Shown here: piece by piece, positions 39,101 through 47,800 of the stretch | How positions within the stretch are numbered: position 1 is the stretch's first letter | How the letters are laid out: every line of letters starts with the position of its first letter | From: an uncultured Thermodesulfatator sp. | Lineage (GTDB): Bacteria; Desulfobacterota; Dissulfuribacteria; Dissulfuribacterales; QOAL01 | DNA length: 64,000 nucleotides | Reading direction: 5' to 3' | Assembly: GCA_964581255.1 (NCBI GenBank) | Contig: CAZOMT010000010.1 | Coordinates: forward strand, 176,156 to 240,155 | Position numbers and translations under genes: made by a program | Notes under the pieces: model-generated | Seen by the model: the letters and a program-made list of their open reading frames with translations, nothing else | What the model was told of the DNA's origin: nothing | The model's database searches: none

Positions 39101-39531
39101 ATCTTGTCAGTACCTACCTCTACTGGATAGCCTCCAACCATCTTGTGACCTCTGTCCAGTACCAATATGAAAGATTCAAAAGAAAGGACTACCAGCCTGG
39201 AGAAGAGGATATTGTATCTTTGAAGACCCACAGGTTGCCACTGTCTATAGGCCTTTTCCTTCCAGCTGGTTATGGAGCAAAGCTTACCACTACCGGAGTG
39301 TGGCAGTCTGGTCTCTTTGGCAACAAGAAAACAGGTATCTATCCAGGAGAGGACCATTTCTGGATAGTGGATCTTTCCCTGCGCTATAGGTTGCCTAAAA
39401 GATATGGAATGTTGGAGTTTAAGGCCAAAAATCTCCTGGATCATCACTTCAGGTTTCAGGACACTGATCCGTCAAATCCGAGCATATGTCCCAAACGTCT
39501 ATTGTTTGCTAGAATCACACTCTGGTTCTGA
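36196..39531 (+). CDS. 1111-aa envelope protein: signal/anchor - FecR-like domain - long TPR array - C-terminal beta-barrel-like domain
   Basis: Hydrophobic N-terminus. FecR-like region GKLVSLRGEVQIQRAG...IFPGDILRTGPNSRAALLLANDSVVRLGANTSLVV. Repeated TPR-like A/L/Y helices span about aa 230-600. The last ~470 aa alternate in a beta-strand pattern and end ...ARITLWF, the aromatic terminus typical of OM barrels. Confidence 0.7.
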   Translation: MEQKTKLSISILIIFIEIIFFFGFAIGQENRPETGIGKLVSLRGEVQIQRAGSRLWQPAKLHEQIFPGDILRTGPNSRAALLLANDSVVRLGANTSLVVSGKQKASTTFMKLLKGVAHFFSRFPHSLEISTPFVNAAIEGTEFTIHVLEDKTNITVLNGRVRASNDSGSVVLGPNQAAVASKGARPQSRIVLNPTDAVQWALYYPSVLDLTCESMEGPGATDVKSAVSLYRQGNVTQAINELSKLQNGYRQAWIQVLIASMYLSVGQAEKAMVHLDKAEDIEPGFGPAMAIRAIMAVAQNKKQEALLLSAKAMSLAPSSASPLIARSYALQAVFRPEDALSVLQKAVVLEPRNSLAWSRLSELWLCVGEVSNSVEAATKAEALDPYNARSKTVLGFSLLASLDTEKAISSFKKAIEMNPSDPLPRLGLGLSRIKDGDVDEGLVQLEIAAALDPANALIRSYLGKAYYAKCRPEKAAAQFEMARRLDPKDPTPWFYDAILKQSINRPVAALKDLQKSIELNDNRAVYRSRLLLDQDLGSRSTSLARIYNDLGFDHLALVEGWKSLDYDPGSYSAHRFLADSYTALPRHEIARVSELLKSQLLQTLNIVPVQPYLAESKHFFYTDTGPSLPSYNEYTPLFMSDRLALQANGLGGTRGTWGDEVVQAGLFKRYSYSLGQFHYETNGFRQNQDQRQNIYNAFVQSALGPQINVQAEYRHLRIKKGDLFLRFDPENYFPDLRDDEKRNSLRLGMTYRFGPENTFLSSLILAETDWHTKIFPEYIITDEERGFLAEIQHLYNGPKFSLITGAGWFKTNQEISHVFAPFQEISERDTIHQTNLYTYPRIRLGHGLVLTIGASADFYEGTAGSREQFNPKLGLVWNPSPDTTIRIAGFRVLKRMLLTDQTVEPTEVAGFNQFFDDYEGTRSWRYGFGVDQRIFSNIYGGFELSRRDLDVPYLDFELDKVLYADWREDLVSTYLYWIASNHLVTSVQYQYERFKRKDYQPGEEDIVSLKTHRLPLSIGLFLPAGYGAKLTTTGVWQSGLFGNKKTGIYPGEDHFWIVDLSLRYRLPKRYGMLEFKAKNLLDHHFRFQDTDPSNPSICPKRLLFARITLWF

Positions 39532-39565
39532 CAAGATCCAGGGATAAGAAAAGGAGGAGACTAGT

Positions 39566-39802
39566 ATGAGCGAAAAAAGACACAACAAGGCGTATTTCAA
39601 GGTATTGTACGACAAGGAGGGGGAAGTGATAGGGGTAGAGCCCCCAAAAGGAAAAGAGGTGAGAATACTAAACGAATGTGATCTATACAGAGAGCCCCTA
39701 AAAGACATAAATGGCATCAAGGCCACACTTATAATCTCGCGACCGGGAAACACCCCATGCTGTGTCAAGGCTGGCAGATGGCTTTGGTGCTGGTGCCTGT
39801 AA
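39566..39802 (+). CDS. 78-aa hypothetical protein with a C-terminal Cys/Trp-rich tail
   Basis: Strong RBS (AAGGAGGAG, 8 nt before the ATG). Lies 34 nt after the barrel gene. Ends ...RPGNTPCCVKAGRWLWCWCL. No signal peptide is visible. Confidence 0.5.
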   Translation: MSEKRHNKAYFKVLYDKEGEVIGVEPPKGKEVRILNECDLYREPLKDINGIKATLIISRPGNTPCCVKAGRWLWCWCL

Positions 39803-39825
39803 TGTACCTGGATATCAACAACGGA

Positions 39826-39849
39826 CCAGGGGCGGCTCAAAGCCCCTGG
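39826..39849 (+). terminator. 8-bp GC hairpin after the small ORF (terminator-like, no U-tract)
   Basis: CCAGGGGC-ggctcaaa-GCCCCTGG. Lies 24 nt after the stop. Confidence 0.3.
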
Positions 39850-40086
39850 ACATCAAGAGCTTGTCTTAAGGCTGCCTCAGACTCGAAGCTGATTTGTTCA
39901 AAACGGCTGATATAACGAGCCATGACAGTTTTTGGAAGATACCCATAAGGCCCAGGAGGAGTCAGGGCTGCCCCTCATGCCTTTGAGCTGCCTGAAAAAT
40001 CCGTATCGACAGGATAACTACGGTTATTCTTTTCTTGGGCCTTGTGCCTGAATTGAAATTACAGATTGCACACTGAAAGAAGATAC

Positions 40087-41664
40087 CTATCTCGTGGGTA
40101 GCTCAGGAGTGGGTTGGGCGTTGTCCATCTGCTCATCCTTTCCCGCGATGCCATGACACTTCTGATAAAAGGGGCAATTTTTGCATTCATGGATCTTTTC
40201 GGCGTAAGTGCCCATCACCCTGCCTTCGCACATTGTCCCTGCTATGGCCCAGCATATGCGTCCAAAATATGGATAGGCTGGGCACCGACGCGTAGGATCC
40301 TTTTCAATGCCGCACTTGATATATTGCCAGCACTGGGTCTTTTTGTCCTCTTCTTCGCTTTGATAGGGGAAGTGGAGGGTAAAGGTGGTTCCTGTGTCCT
40401 CGTCACTCTTGACTTCTATAAAGCCCCTGTGCTCTTCCAGGATCTTTTGCACAATGGCCAGTCCCAGGCCAGTTCCTACCCCAATCTTCTTGGTTGAATA
40501 AAAAGGCTGAAAGATGAGAGCCAGCTTTTCCTTGGGTATGGGCCTTCCAGTATTGTTTATGGAGACGATGACCCAGAGGACCTCGTTTTGCATCTTTGTC
40601 CCTGTAGTTACCGATATGGTGCCTCCTTCGTGGCTCACTGCATCTATTGCATTGGTTATGAGGTTTCCAATGGCCTGTTTTATTTGGTCGTAATCAAAAT
40701 AGACCCTTGGAAGATCTGGCATATAATTTTCAATCAGACGTATCTTTTCTGTTTGGCAAAGATCACAGAAAAATTCCACTGCATCCCTGACAGGCTCATT
40801 TATGTCACCACGTTTGAGTTCAAAGCGAAATTGTTCGGAGGACAATATCATGACATCCTTGAGTATTGCCTCAAGCCTTTCCGCCTCGGCGAGAATGACC
40901 CTTAGATATTCCTTTTCTTTTGTGCCTTCTTTGATGTGTTTATCCAGACGCCTGGCCATGCCTCCGAGTGCCGATAACGGATTTCTTATCTCGTGGGCAA
41001 TGTCGTAGGTGAGCCTGCCCATAGCTGCCAGTTTTTCCGCCTCGATGAGCCTCGACTGCATGCGTTTGAGATATTCTATGGACTCTTCAAGGCGTCTGTT
41101 CAATTCCTCAATCCTTTTCTTGTCTCGCCTGAGCTTTTCTGAAAGAAGACCGAGAGGTATTGCGATAAGATATAAGAAAGCGATCCTGAGAGCCTGGTCT
41201 GTCCAGTGGATGGTGCCCAAGTAGGGTATGATGTTCACCAGATACATTATGCCAGAAATGGTGGCCACAAGGGCACCGAACTTGGGTCCAAAATAAAAGG
41301 TGTGAAGCGCTGTGAGCAGGTAATATCCAAGAAAGAAGCTATTGTTGAGATCCCTGTGGAAACTCACAAGGAAGAACACGAAAACCATGTCAAGGAAGAG
41401 GGAAGCTATATAGGCATATCTTATCTTCTCAGGCCGTTTGAATATGTAGATATATAGGAGACTGCTGTAGATAGAGAAGGCCACAAGGGCCTTGGCAAGA
41501 TCTCCCCTTTCCTTGTTTGAAAGGGGGGCCAGTAGCAACCAGGCGATCCCACCAAGCACTGTGACAATCCTGAGCACGAGAAAACCCAGATCTATGACGC
41601 CAAGGGGTCCACATGCCCTTTTGATGGTCTCTTTCAGGTGTTCGCTCAGGGTCCTCTTTGCCAT
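40087..41664 (-). CDS. Membrane sensor histidine kinase with a C-terminal Cys-rich domain (two 'CW' motifs)
   Basis: About 5 TM helices. H-box YDIAHEIRNPLSAL, N-box LITNAIDA and G-box GTGLGLAIV. Tail is QCWQYIKCG...RRCPAYPYFGRICWAIAGTMCEG...HECKNCPFYQKCHG, with 9 Cys. Confidence 0.85.
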   Translation of the reverse strand: MAKRTLSEHLKETIKRACGPLGVIDLGFLVLRIVTVLGGIAWLLLAPLSNKERGDLAKALVAFSIYSSLLYIYIFKRPEKIRYAYIASLFLDMVFVFFLVSFHRDLNNSFFLGYYLLTALHTFYFGPKFGALVATISGIMYLVNIIPYLGTIHWTDQALRIAFLYLIAIPLGLLSEKLRRDKKRIEELNRRLEESIEYLKRMQSRLIEAEKLAAMGRLTYDIAHEIRNPLSALGGMARRLDKHIKEGTKEKEYLRVILAEAERLEAILKDVMILSSEQFRFELKRGDINEPVRDAVEFFCDLCQTEKIRLIENYMPDLPRVYFDYDQIKQAIGNLITNAIDAVSHEGGTISVTTGTKMQNEVLWVIVSINNTGRPIPKEKLALIFQPFYSTKKIGVGTGLGLAIVQKILEEHRGFIEVKSDEDTGTTFTLHFPYQSEEEDKKTQCWQYIKCGIEKDPTRRCPAYPYFGRICWAIAGTMCEGRVMGTYAEKIHECKNCPFYQKCHGIAGKDEQMDNAQPTPELPTR

Positions 41665-41789
41665 ATATTCGCCTGGAAGCCTTTTGGGCCTCCAGGTCCT
41701 CCTTCAGGTTTCACCAGATGGAGCCCTCTTGCCCCATGACAAAAAGGCCCCAGCTTCTGTATTTGCTTAAAAAGCAGTTAAGGAAAGAA

Positions 41790-42875
41790 TTAGAGCATGG
41801 AATCATAATAGGATTTCTCAGAAATCTCGTTCCAGGCTGCCAACTTCTTCTTGAAGGCCATGAAATCCTCATTCACCTTTTTTGCCAGGGGGTCCTTGGC
41901 GGCAGTTTCCGAAATGGTCTCTGCGGCAAGCCTTTTGAGGCCTTCCATGACCTCATCTGGAAATCGCAATAGCTGAATCTTGTGGGACCTTTTTAACTCG
42001 GCCAAGGCCTTTGCGTTTTCTGTTTCAAATTCCGATAGCATGGTCACGTTGAGTTCAGCCGCTGCAGTTTCCACAGCCGCCTTGATATCGGCTGGTAAGG
42101 CTTCATATGCCTTCTTGTTCATGATGAATTCCAAGGTGCTGCCAGGTTCATGCCATCCTGGATAATAATAGTACTTGGCAACCTTGTAAAAACCCATTCT
42201 TATATCGTGGCATGGGCCGATCCATTCGGTGGCATCGATAACACCCCGTTCAAGAGATGTATAGATCTCCCCTGCAGGCAGAAGCACCACTGCGCCTCCA
42301 GCCTTGGCAAGCACCTTTCCCCCAAGGCCAGGGATCCTCATCTTGAGTCCCTTGAAATCCGCCATGGAATTTATCTTCTTGTTGAACCATCCACCCATCT
42401 GAAAGCCAGTGTTGCCAGCCGGCCGAGGCACCAGATTGAAGGGCTTGTATACCTCTTCCCAGAGCTTAAGACCATTTCCAAAATAGAACCAGGCATTCAT
42501 GCCCTGGGCATCCATCCCAAAGGGGACACAGGTGAACCACTGGGCAGCATTGCATTTGCCAGCCCAGTAGTATGCCGCACTGTGGCCACAGTGCACAGAG
42601 CCAGATGAAACTGCATCAAACACACCAAGGGGAGGAACGAGTTCTCCTCCTGCATAGACCTGAATGGTAAGCCTGCCATTTGTGAGTTCCTCAACCCGTT
42701 TTGCAAAACGTTCCACTCCAGTCTGAAGTATAGGGAAGGCAGGAGGCCATGAGGTCACCATTCTCCATCTTATCTTCTCACTGGATGTGGCTTGTGCAGA
42801 TCCTGCGCCTAAGGCTGACGCTGCAACCGCTGCTCCTGCAATAGCTCCCTTTTTGAGCAAATTTCGCCTGTCCAT
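41790..42875 (-). CDS. dctP: TRAP transporter substrate-binding protein (DctP family) with a twin-arginine-like signal peptide
   Basis: ATG at 42875 (AGGAGG RBS) gives MDRRNLLKKGAIAGAAVAASALGAGSAQA, and the body is DctP-like. The track's upstream start is rejected. Confidence 0.85.
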   Translation of the reverse strand: MDRRNLLKKGAIAGAAVAASALGAGSAQATSSEKIRWRMVTSWPPAFPILQTGVERFAKRVEELTNGRLTIQVYAGGELVPPLGVFDAVSSGSVHCGHSAAYYWAGKCNAAQWFTCVPFGMDAQGMNAWFYFGNGLKLWEEVYKPFNLVPRPAGNTGFQMGGWFNKKINSMADFKGLKMRIPGLGGKVLAKAGGAVVLLPAGEIYTSLERGVIDATEWIGPCHDIRMGFYKVAKYYYYPGWHEPGSTLEFIMNKKAYEALPADIKAAVETAAAELNVTMLSEFETENAKALAELKRSHKIQLLRFPDEVMEGLKRLAAETISETAAKDPLAKKVNEDFMAFKKKLAAWNEISEKSYYDSML

Positions 42876-43160
42876 AAAAAACCTCCTTATCTGTTCTTGT
42901 GTGAAAAAAGTATTTCTTACCTGTCCCCTTATCCTGTTTTTGAAGAAATCGAGCAAATTTCATGGCACAGGTTATGGACCTTATACGTCTGTCGTATGGG
43001 GAACGCAATACGAAATGGTTCAAAACCGCAAATCAATGCCACCTGTGCCTGTTTTTTTACTTTTCTCTTTTTTTAAGTTGCGCGCTCCTTTTTTTCACCT
43101 AAAATATCTTGAATCTTAGCATTAATACCAAGCCTTAAATTTGATGGCCAAAAACAAGCG

Positions 43161-43853
43161 ATGAAAGGATGCTCCAACCAAATGAATACCAGTGTGAAAA
43201 CTTTACTGCTGATCTTACTTCTACTCTTCCTGACTGTTCCCGCCATAGAAGTCTTCGCATCCAGTCTCTACGTAGCGCCATCGAGCGAGGTGCCCCTTAG
43301 GACTGGCAAGAGCACCTCCAGAAAGATAGTGGCTGTGTTGGCCGATGGGACGCAGGTTGAACTTCTCAAACAAGAAGATGCATGGGCCCTGGTCCGGACA
43401 CAAGGCGGGAAGGAGGGATGGATCCTCAGGCGCTATCTTACAGAAAACCCACCTCCCAAGATGCAGCTAGCTGCCTTGAGAAAAAAGAACCAGGCGCTGC
43501 TAGAAAGGTATCAGAAACTGAAGCAGGAGATCGAGCAGCTATCTGAAACAGGTTCAGATTTCAAGAAACAGCTCACGAAATGTATTTCAGAAAGGGATAC
43601 CATCAGGACCCAGTATGAAAAGCTGAAAAGGGATGCGGCGAACGTGGTGCAGACCAAAAAGATGCTGTCTGAGACCCAAAAAAGGTTGAGCCAAGCAAAT
43701 GCACAACTTATCTCTTTAAAACAAAAGGTCAACAACCTGGAGGCCAATTCCAATGTGAAATGGTTCCTGGCTGGAGGCGGGGTGCTTCTGGCAGGTTGGT
43801 TGTTAGGTTTGTTCTCTGGAAGAAAAAGGAGGAGGAAACCCTCACTCTTGTAA
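43161..43853 (+). CDS. SH3-domain protein with coiled coil and C-terminal membrane anchor (YgiM-like architecture)
   Basis: Signal peptide, SH3b-like region (VLADGTQVELLKQEDAWALVRTQGGKEGWILRRYL), a long coiled coil, a terminal TM and an RKRRRK tail. The true start may be Met8 (43182). Confidence 0.6.
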   Translation: MKGCSNQMNTSVKTLLLILLLLFLTVPAIEVFASSLYVAPSSEVPLRTGKSTSRKIVAVLADGTQVELLKQEDAWALVRTQGGKEGWILRRYLTENPPPKMQLAALRKKNQALLERYQKLKQEIEQLSETGSDFKKQLTKCISERDTIRTQYEKLKRDAANVVQTKKMLSETQKRLSQANAQLISLKQKVNNLEANSNVKWFLAGGGVLLAGWLLGLFSGRKRRRKPSLL

Positions 43854-43867
43854 CTGATAGCCATAAA

Positions 43868-44098
43868 ATGGACACTGTTAGAGTTTATGTTCAAATGAAT
43901 AACGATGAAACTAAGGTGACGAAATGCCCTGGGTGCGGGCACCTGGTTGATCTTGATTCCAACCCATACAGGCCATTTTGTTCCAAGAGGTGTAAGATGG
44001 CAGATCTTGGTTCATGGCTAAAGGAGGAATACCGAATTTCCTCATCCCTTTATTTCATGGAATCGAACATGGACCAAGAGGAAGAAAAGAGGCACTGA
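43868..44098 (+). CDS. yacG: DNA gyrase inhibitor YacG-like zinc-finger protein
   Basis: CPGCGHLV...NPYRPFCSKRCKMADLGSWLKEEYRI. The start is either 43868 or 43895. Confidence 0.7.
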   Translation: MDTVRVYVQMNNDETKVTKCPGCGHLVDLDSNPYRPFCSKRCKMADLGSWLKEEYRISSSLYFMESNMDQEEEKRH

Positions 44099-44157
44099 GG
44101 AACTGGCCTCTTGAGGATTTTTGAGGCACATATACCCTATGAAAGAGGCTTAGCAAT

Positions 44158-44799
44158 ATGATACTCAAGGAATATACCGTAGGCCCTTTGCAGGTAAGGG
44201 CCTACATAATAGGCTGCTCCAACACAAAGGATGCCATCGTCATAGATCCAGCGGGCAGTGAAGAACATCTTGCCGCAACCCTAAAAGAAGAAGGGCTGAA
44301 GCTCACAGCAATCGTAAATACCCATGGCCATCCAGACCATACTTGTGGAAACCAACGGATGAAGGCCCTGACAGGTGCCCCTGTGCTAATGCACCAGGAA
44401 GATGACCAACTTTTCAGACAACCTGAGATAGTGTCCATGTTCAGATCTTGGGGGTTTGAGCCAGCGCCACCGGCTGATGGATATCTCGAAGAGGGCCAAG
44501 TGCTCCAAATCGGAAATCTCAAATTCCAGGTAATCCACACCCCTGGCCACTCTCCAGGCTCAGTTTGTCTGTATGGTCACGGATATCTCGTCACAGGAGA
44601 TACTCTATTCATCGATGCAGTAGGCCGCACAGATCTTCCAGGCGGGGACATGAAGGTCCTGATGGATTCTCTAAGAAACAAAATCCTGTCGCTGCCTGAT
44701 GAGACCATAGTGCTTCCAGGGCATGATTATGGCCCAAGGCCCACTGATACTCTTGGAAACCAAAAGAAGACCAATCCCTATTTGAACAGTCTGATCTGA
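44158..44799 (+). CDS. MBL-fold metallo-hydrolase (glyoxalase II-like)
   Basis: NTHGHPDH metal motif, HTPGHSPGS and GDTLF. Confidence 0.85.
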   Translation: MILKEYTVGPLQVRAYIIGCSNTKDAIVIDPAGSEEHLAATLKEEGLKLTAIVNTHGHPDHTCGNQRMKALTGAPVLMHQEDDQLFRQPEIVSMFRSWGFEPAPPADGYLEEGQVLQIGNLKFQVIHTPGHSPGSVCLYGHGYLVTGDTLFIDAVGRTDLPGGDMKVLMDSLRNKILSLPDETIVLPGHDYGPRPTDTLGNQKKTNPYLNSLI

Positions 44800-44810
44800 A
44801 ATAGTCCAAA

Positions 44811-47800
44811 TTGAGTTTCACCAGGGTCAAATGTCAGCCAGGCCTGCCCATCTGTAGATTCTGGGACAGGCTCGTCAGTCATATAAAAAAAAGTCAGGTC
44901 GTAATAGTCACTGGGGAAACAGGCTCTGGAAAATCTACGCAGCTTCCAAAGATATGCCTTGCGGCAGGAAGGGGAAAGACCAAGCAGATAGTCTGTACCC
45001 AGCCTAGGCGGATAGCTGCAATCTCTGTTTCTAAACGCGTGTCAGAAGAGCTCCAAGATTCCTTTTCTAATAGAGCCATAGTCGGATACAAGATACGCTT
45101 CCAGGATAACACCAGTGAAAATACCAAGGTAAAATTCGTTACAGACGGCCTGCTCCTATCTGAGATGCAGGCAGACAGAAATCTTTCAGCCTATGACACC
45201 GTAATACTTGACGAGGCACACGAAAGAAGCCTCAACATCGATCTTTTGGCTGGCATGATCAAGCGCCTTCTTCGAAGGCGAAGGGATCTCAAGGTCATTA
45301 TCACCTCAGCCACCATGGAGGTGGAAAAATTCAAGGAATTCTTCAACAACCCCCCTGTTATCAAAGTAGAGGGCAGGGCCTATCCGGTAAAAATATTTTA
45401 TACAGATCCCTTGGAAGACACAGATGAAGGCACGCCTGACATCCAGGCACTAGTGAAGACTTCGGTGGAGCGAATAAGGCAAATAGATCCATTGGGCCAC
45501 ATCCTAGTCTTCCTGCCCACTGAACGTGACATCCTCGAGGCAAAAAAGATCCTGTCTGCCAAGGCAGGGAAAGAGTGTCTCATACTCCCCCTATTTGCAA
45601 GGCTGTCTGCAAGGGATCAGGCACGGATCTTTGCCCCTTCCAACAATCAAAAGATCGTCCTTGCCACGAATATCGCTGAAACCTCCATCACGGTACCTGG
45701 CATCAAATACATAGTGGATTCAGGCCTTGCCCGCATATCCAGATACAATGTCAATACACACACCAAGGCCTTGCCTGTTTCAAAGATATCCAAGGCCAGT
45801 GCGGATCAGCGTGCTGGAAGGGCTGGTCGGGTGGAAGAAGGTGTATGCATCAGGCTTTATTCCAAGGAGGACTATGTGTCCAGACCAGACTTCACCCTGC
45901 CAGAAATCTTGCGGTGCAATCTCGCAGAGGTGATTCTTAGAATCGTGTATCTGGGCCAGGGGCCTGTGGATAGATTTCCCTTTGTGGATCCACCGCCACG
46001 AAGTGCGGTAAGGGAAGGCATCCATACACTCAAGGAATTGGGAGCCCTCGATGCCAGGGAACGGCTTACTGGCCTGGGGAGAAAGATGGCGAGGTTTCCA
46101 CTGGATCCAAGGCTTTCAAGGATGCTCATCCAGGCAATAAGAGAGGGTTGCCTGAGACAGATCCTCATAATCGTATCTGCCATTTCCATCCAAGATCCCA
46201 GGCAAAGGCCGGCAGACAAGGAGGCTGAGGCCTCGATGGCCCACAAGGTTTTTGAGGACCAGCAAAGCGATTTCATCACCTGGTTAAATCTGTGGGATAG
46301 ATGGTTGGGTCTGAAAAGCCGAGGCGCCAGCAATAGCGTACTGCGAAGGTTCTGCAAGCAACATTTTCTATCGTTTCCTCGAATGAGGGAATGGGAGGAT
46401 ATTTTCGATCAGCTTTTGTCTACTGTTTATGAGATGAAACTATCGAATCAAAAGGTGGTTAAAGTTCATTCTGAAAGTTCTTCTAAAGGTCTTGAACAGG
46501 CCACCAGGGATGCGATTCACAGGTGCGTTCTCGCTGGCTTTCTAGGTAACATTGCCTCATTAAAGGGTAAAAACCAATATGCCGGGGCAAAAGGCAAGAA
46601 GCTATACATATTCCCTGGCTCCTGTCTTTTTAAGAAGCAGCCCCAATGGATAGTGTCGGCAGAACAGGTGGTAACCTCCAGACTTTTTGCCCGTACTGTC
46701 GCTCCTGTGGAACCACAGTGGATAGAAGAGATAGGGGGGCATCTTTGTAAATATTCATATCTTGAACCCAGATGGTCTGAATCCAGAGGTGAGGCCGTCT
46801 GTACCGAAAAGGTTACCCTTTATGGCCTCACAGTAGTACCAGGCAGGCCAAGATCCCTTAAAGGGGTTGATCCTCAACTAGCCCAGGAATTCCTGATAAA
46901 TGAAGGGCTGTCGAAGTGCAGACTCAAAAACAGATTCAAGTTCAATGAGCAAAACAGAATGCTTCTTCAAAAAATCAAGGATATGGAGGAAAGGTTGAGG
47001 ACCTCCATGCCTCTCGTGGAATCAGAGGTCATTGAGGGATTTTTTCAAAGAGCAATCTCCGCACTTGAAAAAGACACTGGTCACAGAATCTTGGATGAGG
47101 CAGACCTAAAAAGGGTGTTAAGGAAGTTTCCTGGCAGCCAAGACAAGTTGATGCTCGATGAAAAAACCCTATTAAAAGAGTTGCTCGGCAAATCCACAAC
47201 ACTTCTATATCCTGGCCATCTTCAGATTCGAGACCACAAGCTGCCGTTGACCTACAGGTTCTGCCCTGGCCTTGAAGAAGATGGAATAACAATAGGCATC
47301 CCTTTGCTGCTTCTTGGGCAAATCCACACAGACGACCTGGAATGGCTTGTTCCAGGGTTTCTTGAGGAAAAGGTGGAATTTATACTGCGACATCTTCCGA
47401 AACAGTTGCGTTCCAGGATCTTTGACTATAGGCGCCTGGCTTCGAGGGTTTGCCGCATGTTACTGGAGGAAAGGTCTTGCCACTTTCAACAATCTCTTGC
47501 TAACGCCCTTGAAAAGGAGCTTGGCACTAAGGTGAACCAAAAAGATCTGGACCTTGTCCCTGAACTGCCTGTCCATCTTAGGATGAGAATAGAACTTATA
47601 GACAAAAGGGATAACGTATTGGAGGTAAGTCGAGATCTGGATGCACTGAAGAAAAAATACCTTCACAGGGCCAAGGCGCAGCTTATCAGTCATCCCCTTT
47701 GGAAAGGTACATGTAAGAAATGGGAAAGAAGAATAGATGCCAAAGATCTCGACACCCTTCCCTCCTTCCTGGATATTGGCATGATAAATGGCGCGATGGT

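Noticed and set aside
39850-39935. 28-aa minus-strand ORF (MARYISRFEQISFESEAALRQALDVQGL).
   Set aside because: No RBS, very short, and it overlaps the hairpin after the small plus-strand gene. It could be a gene remnant, but nothing supports it.
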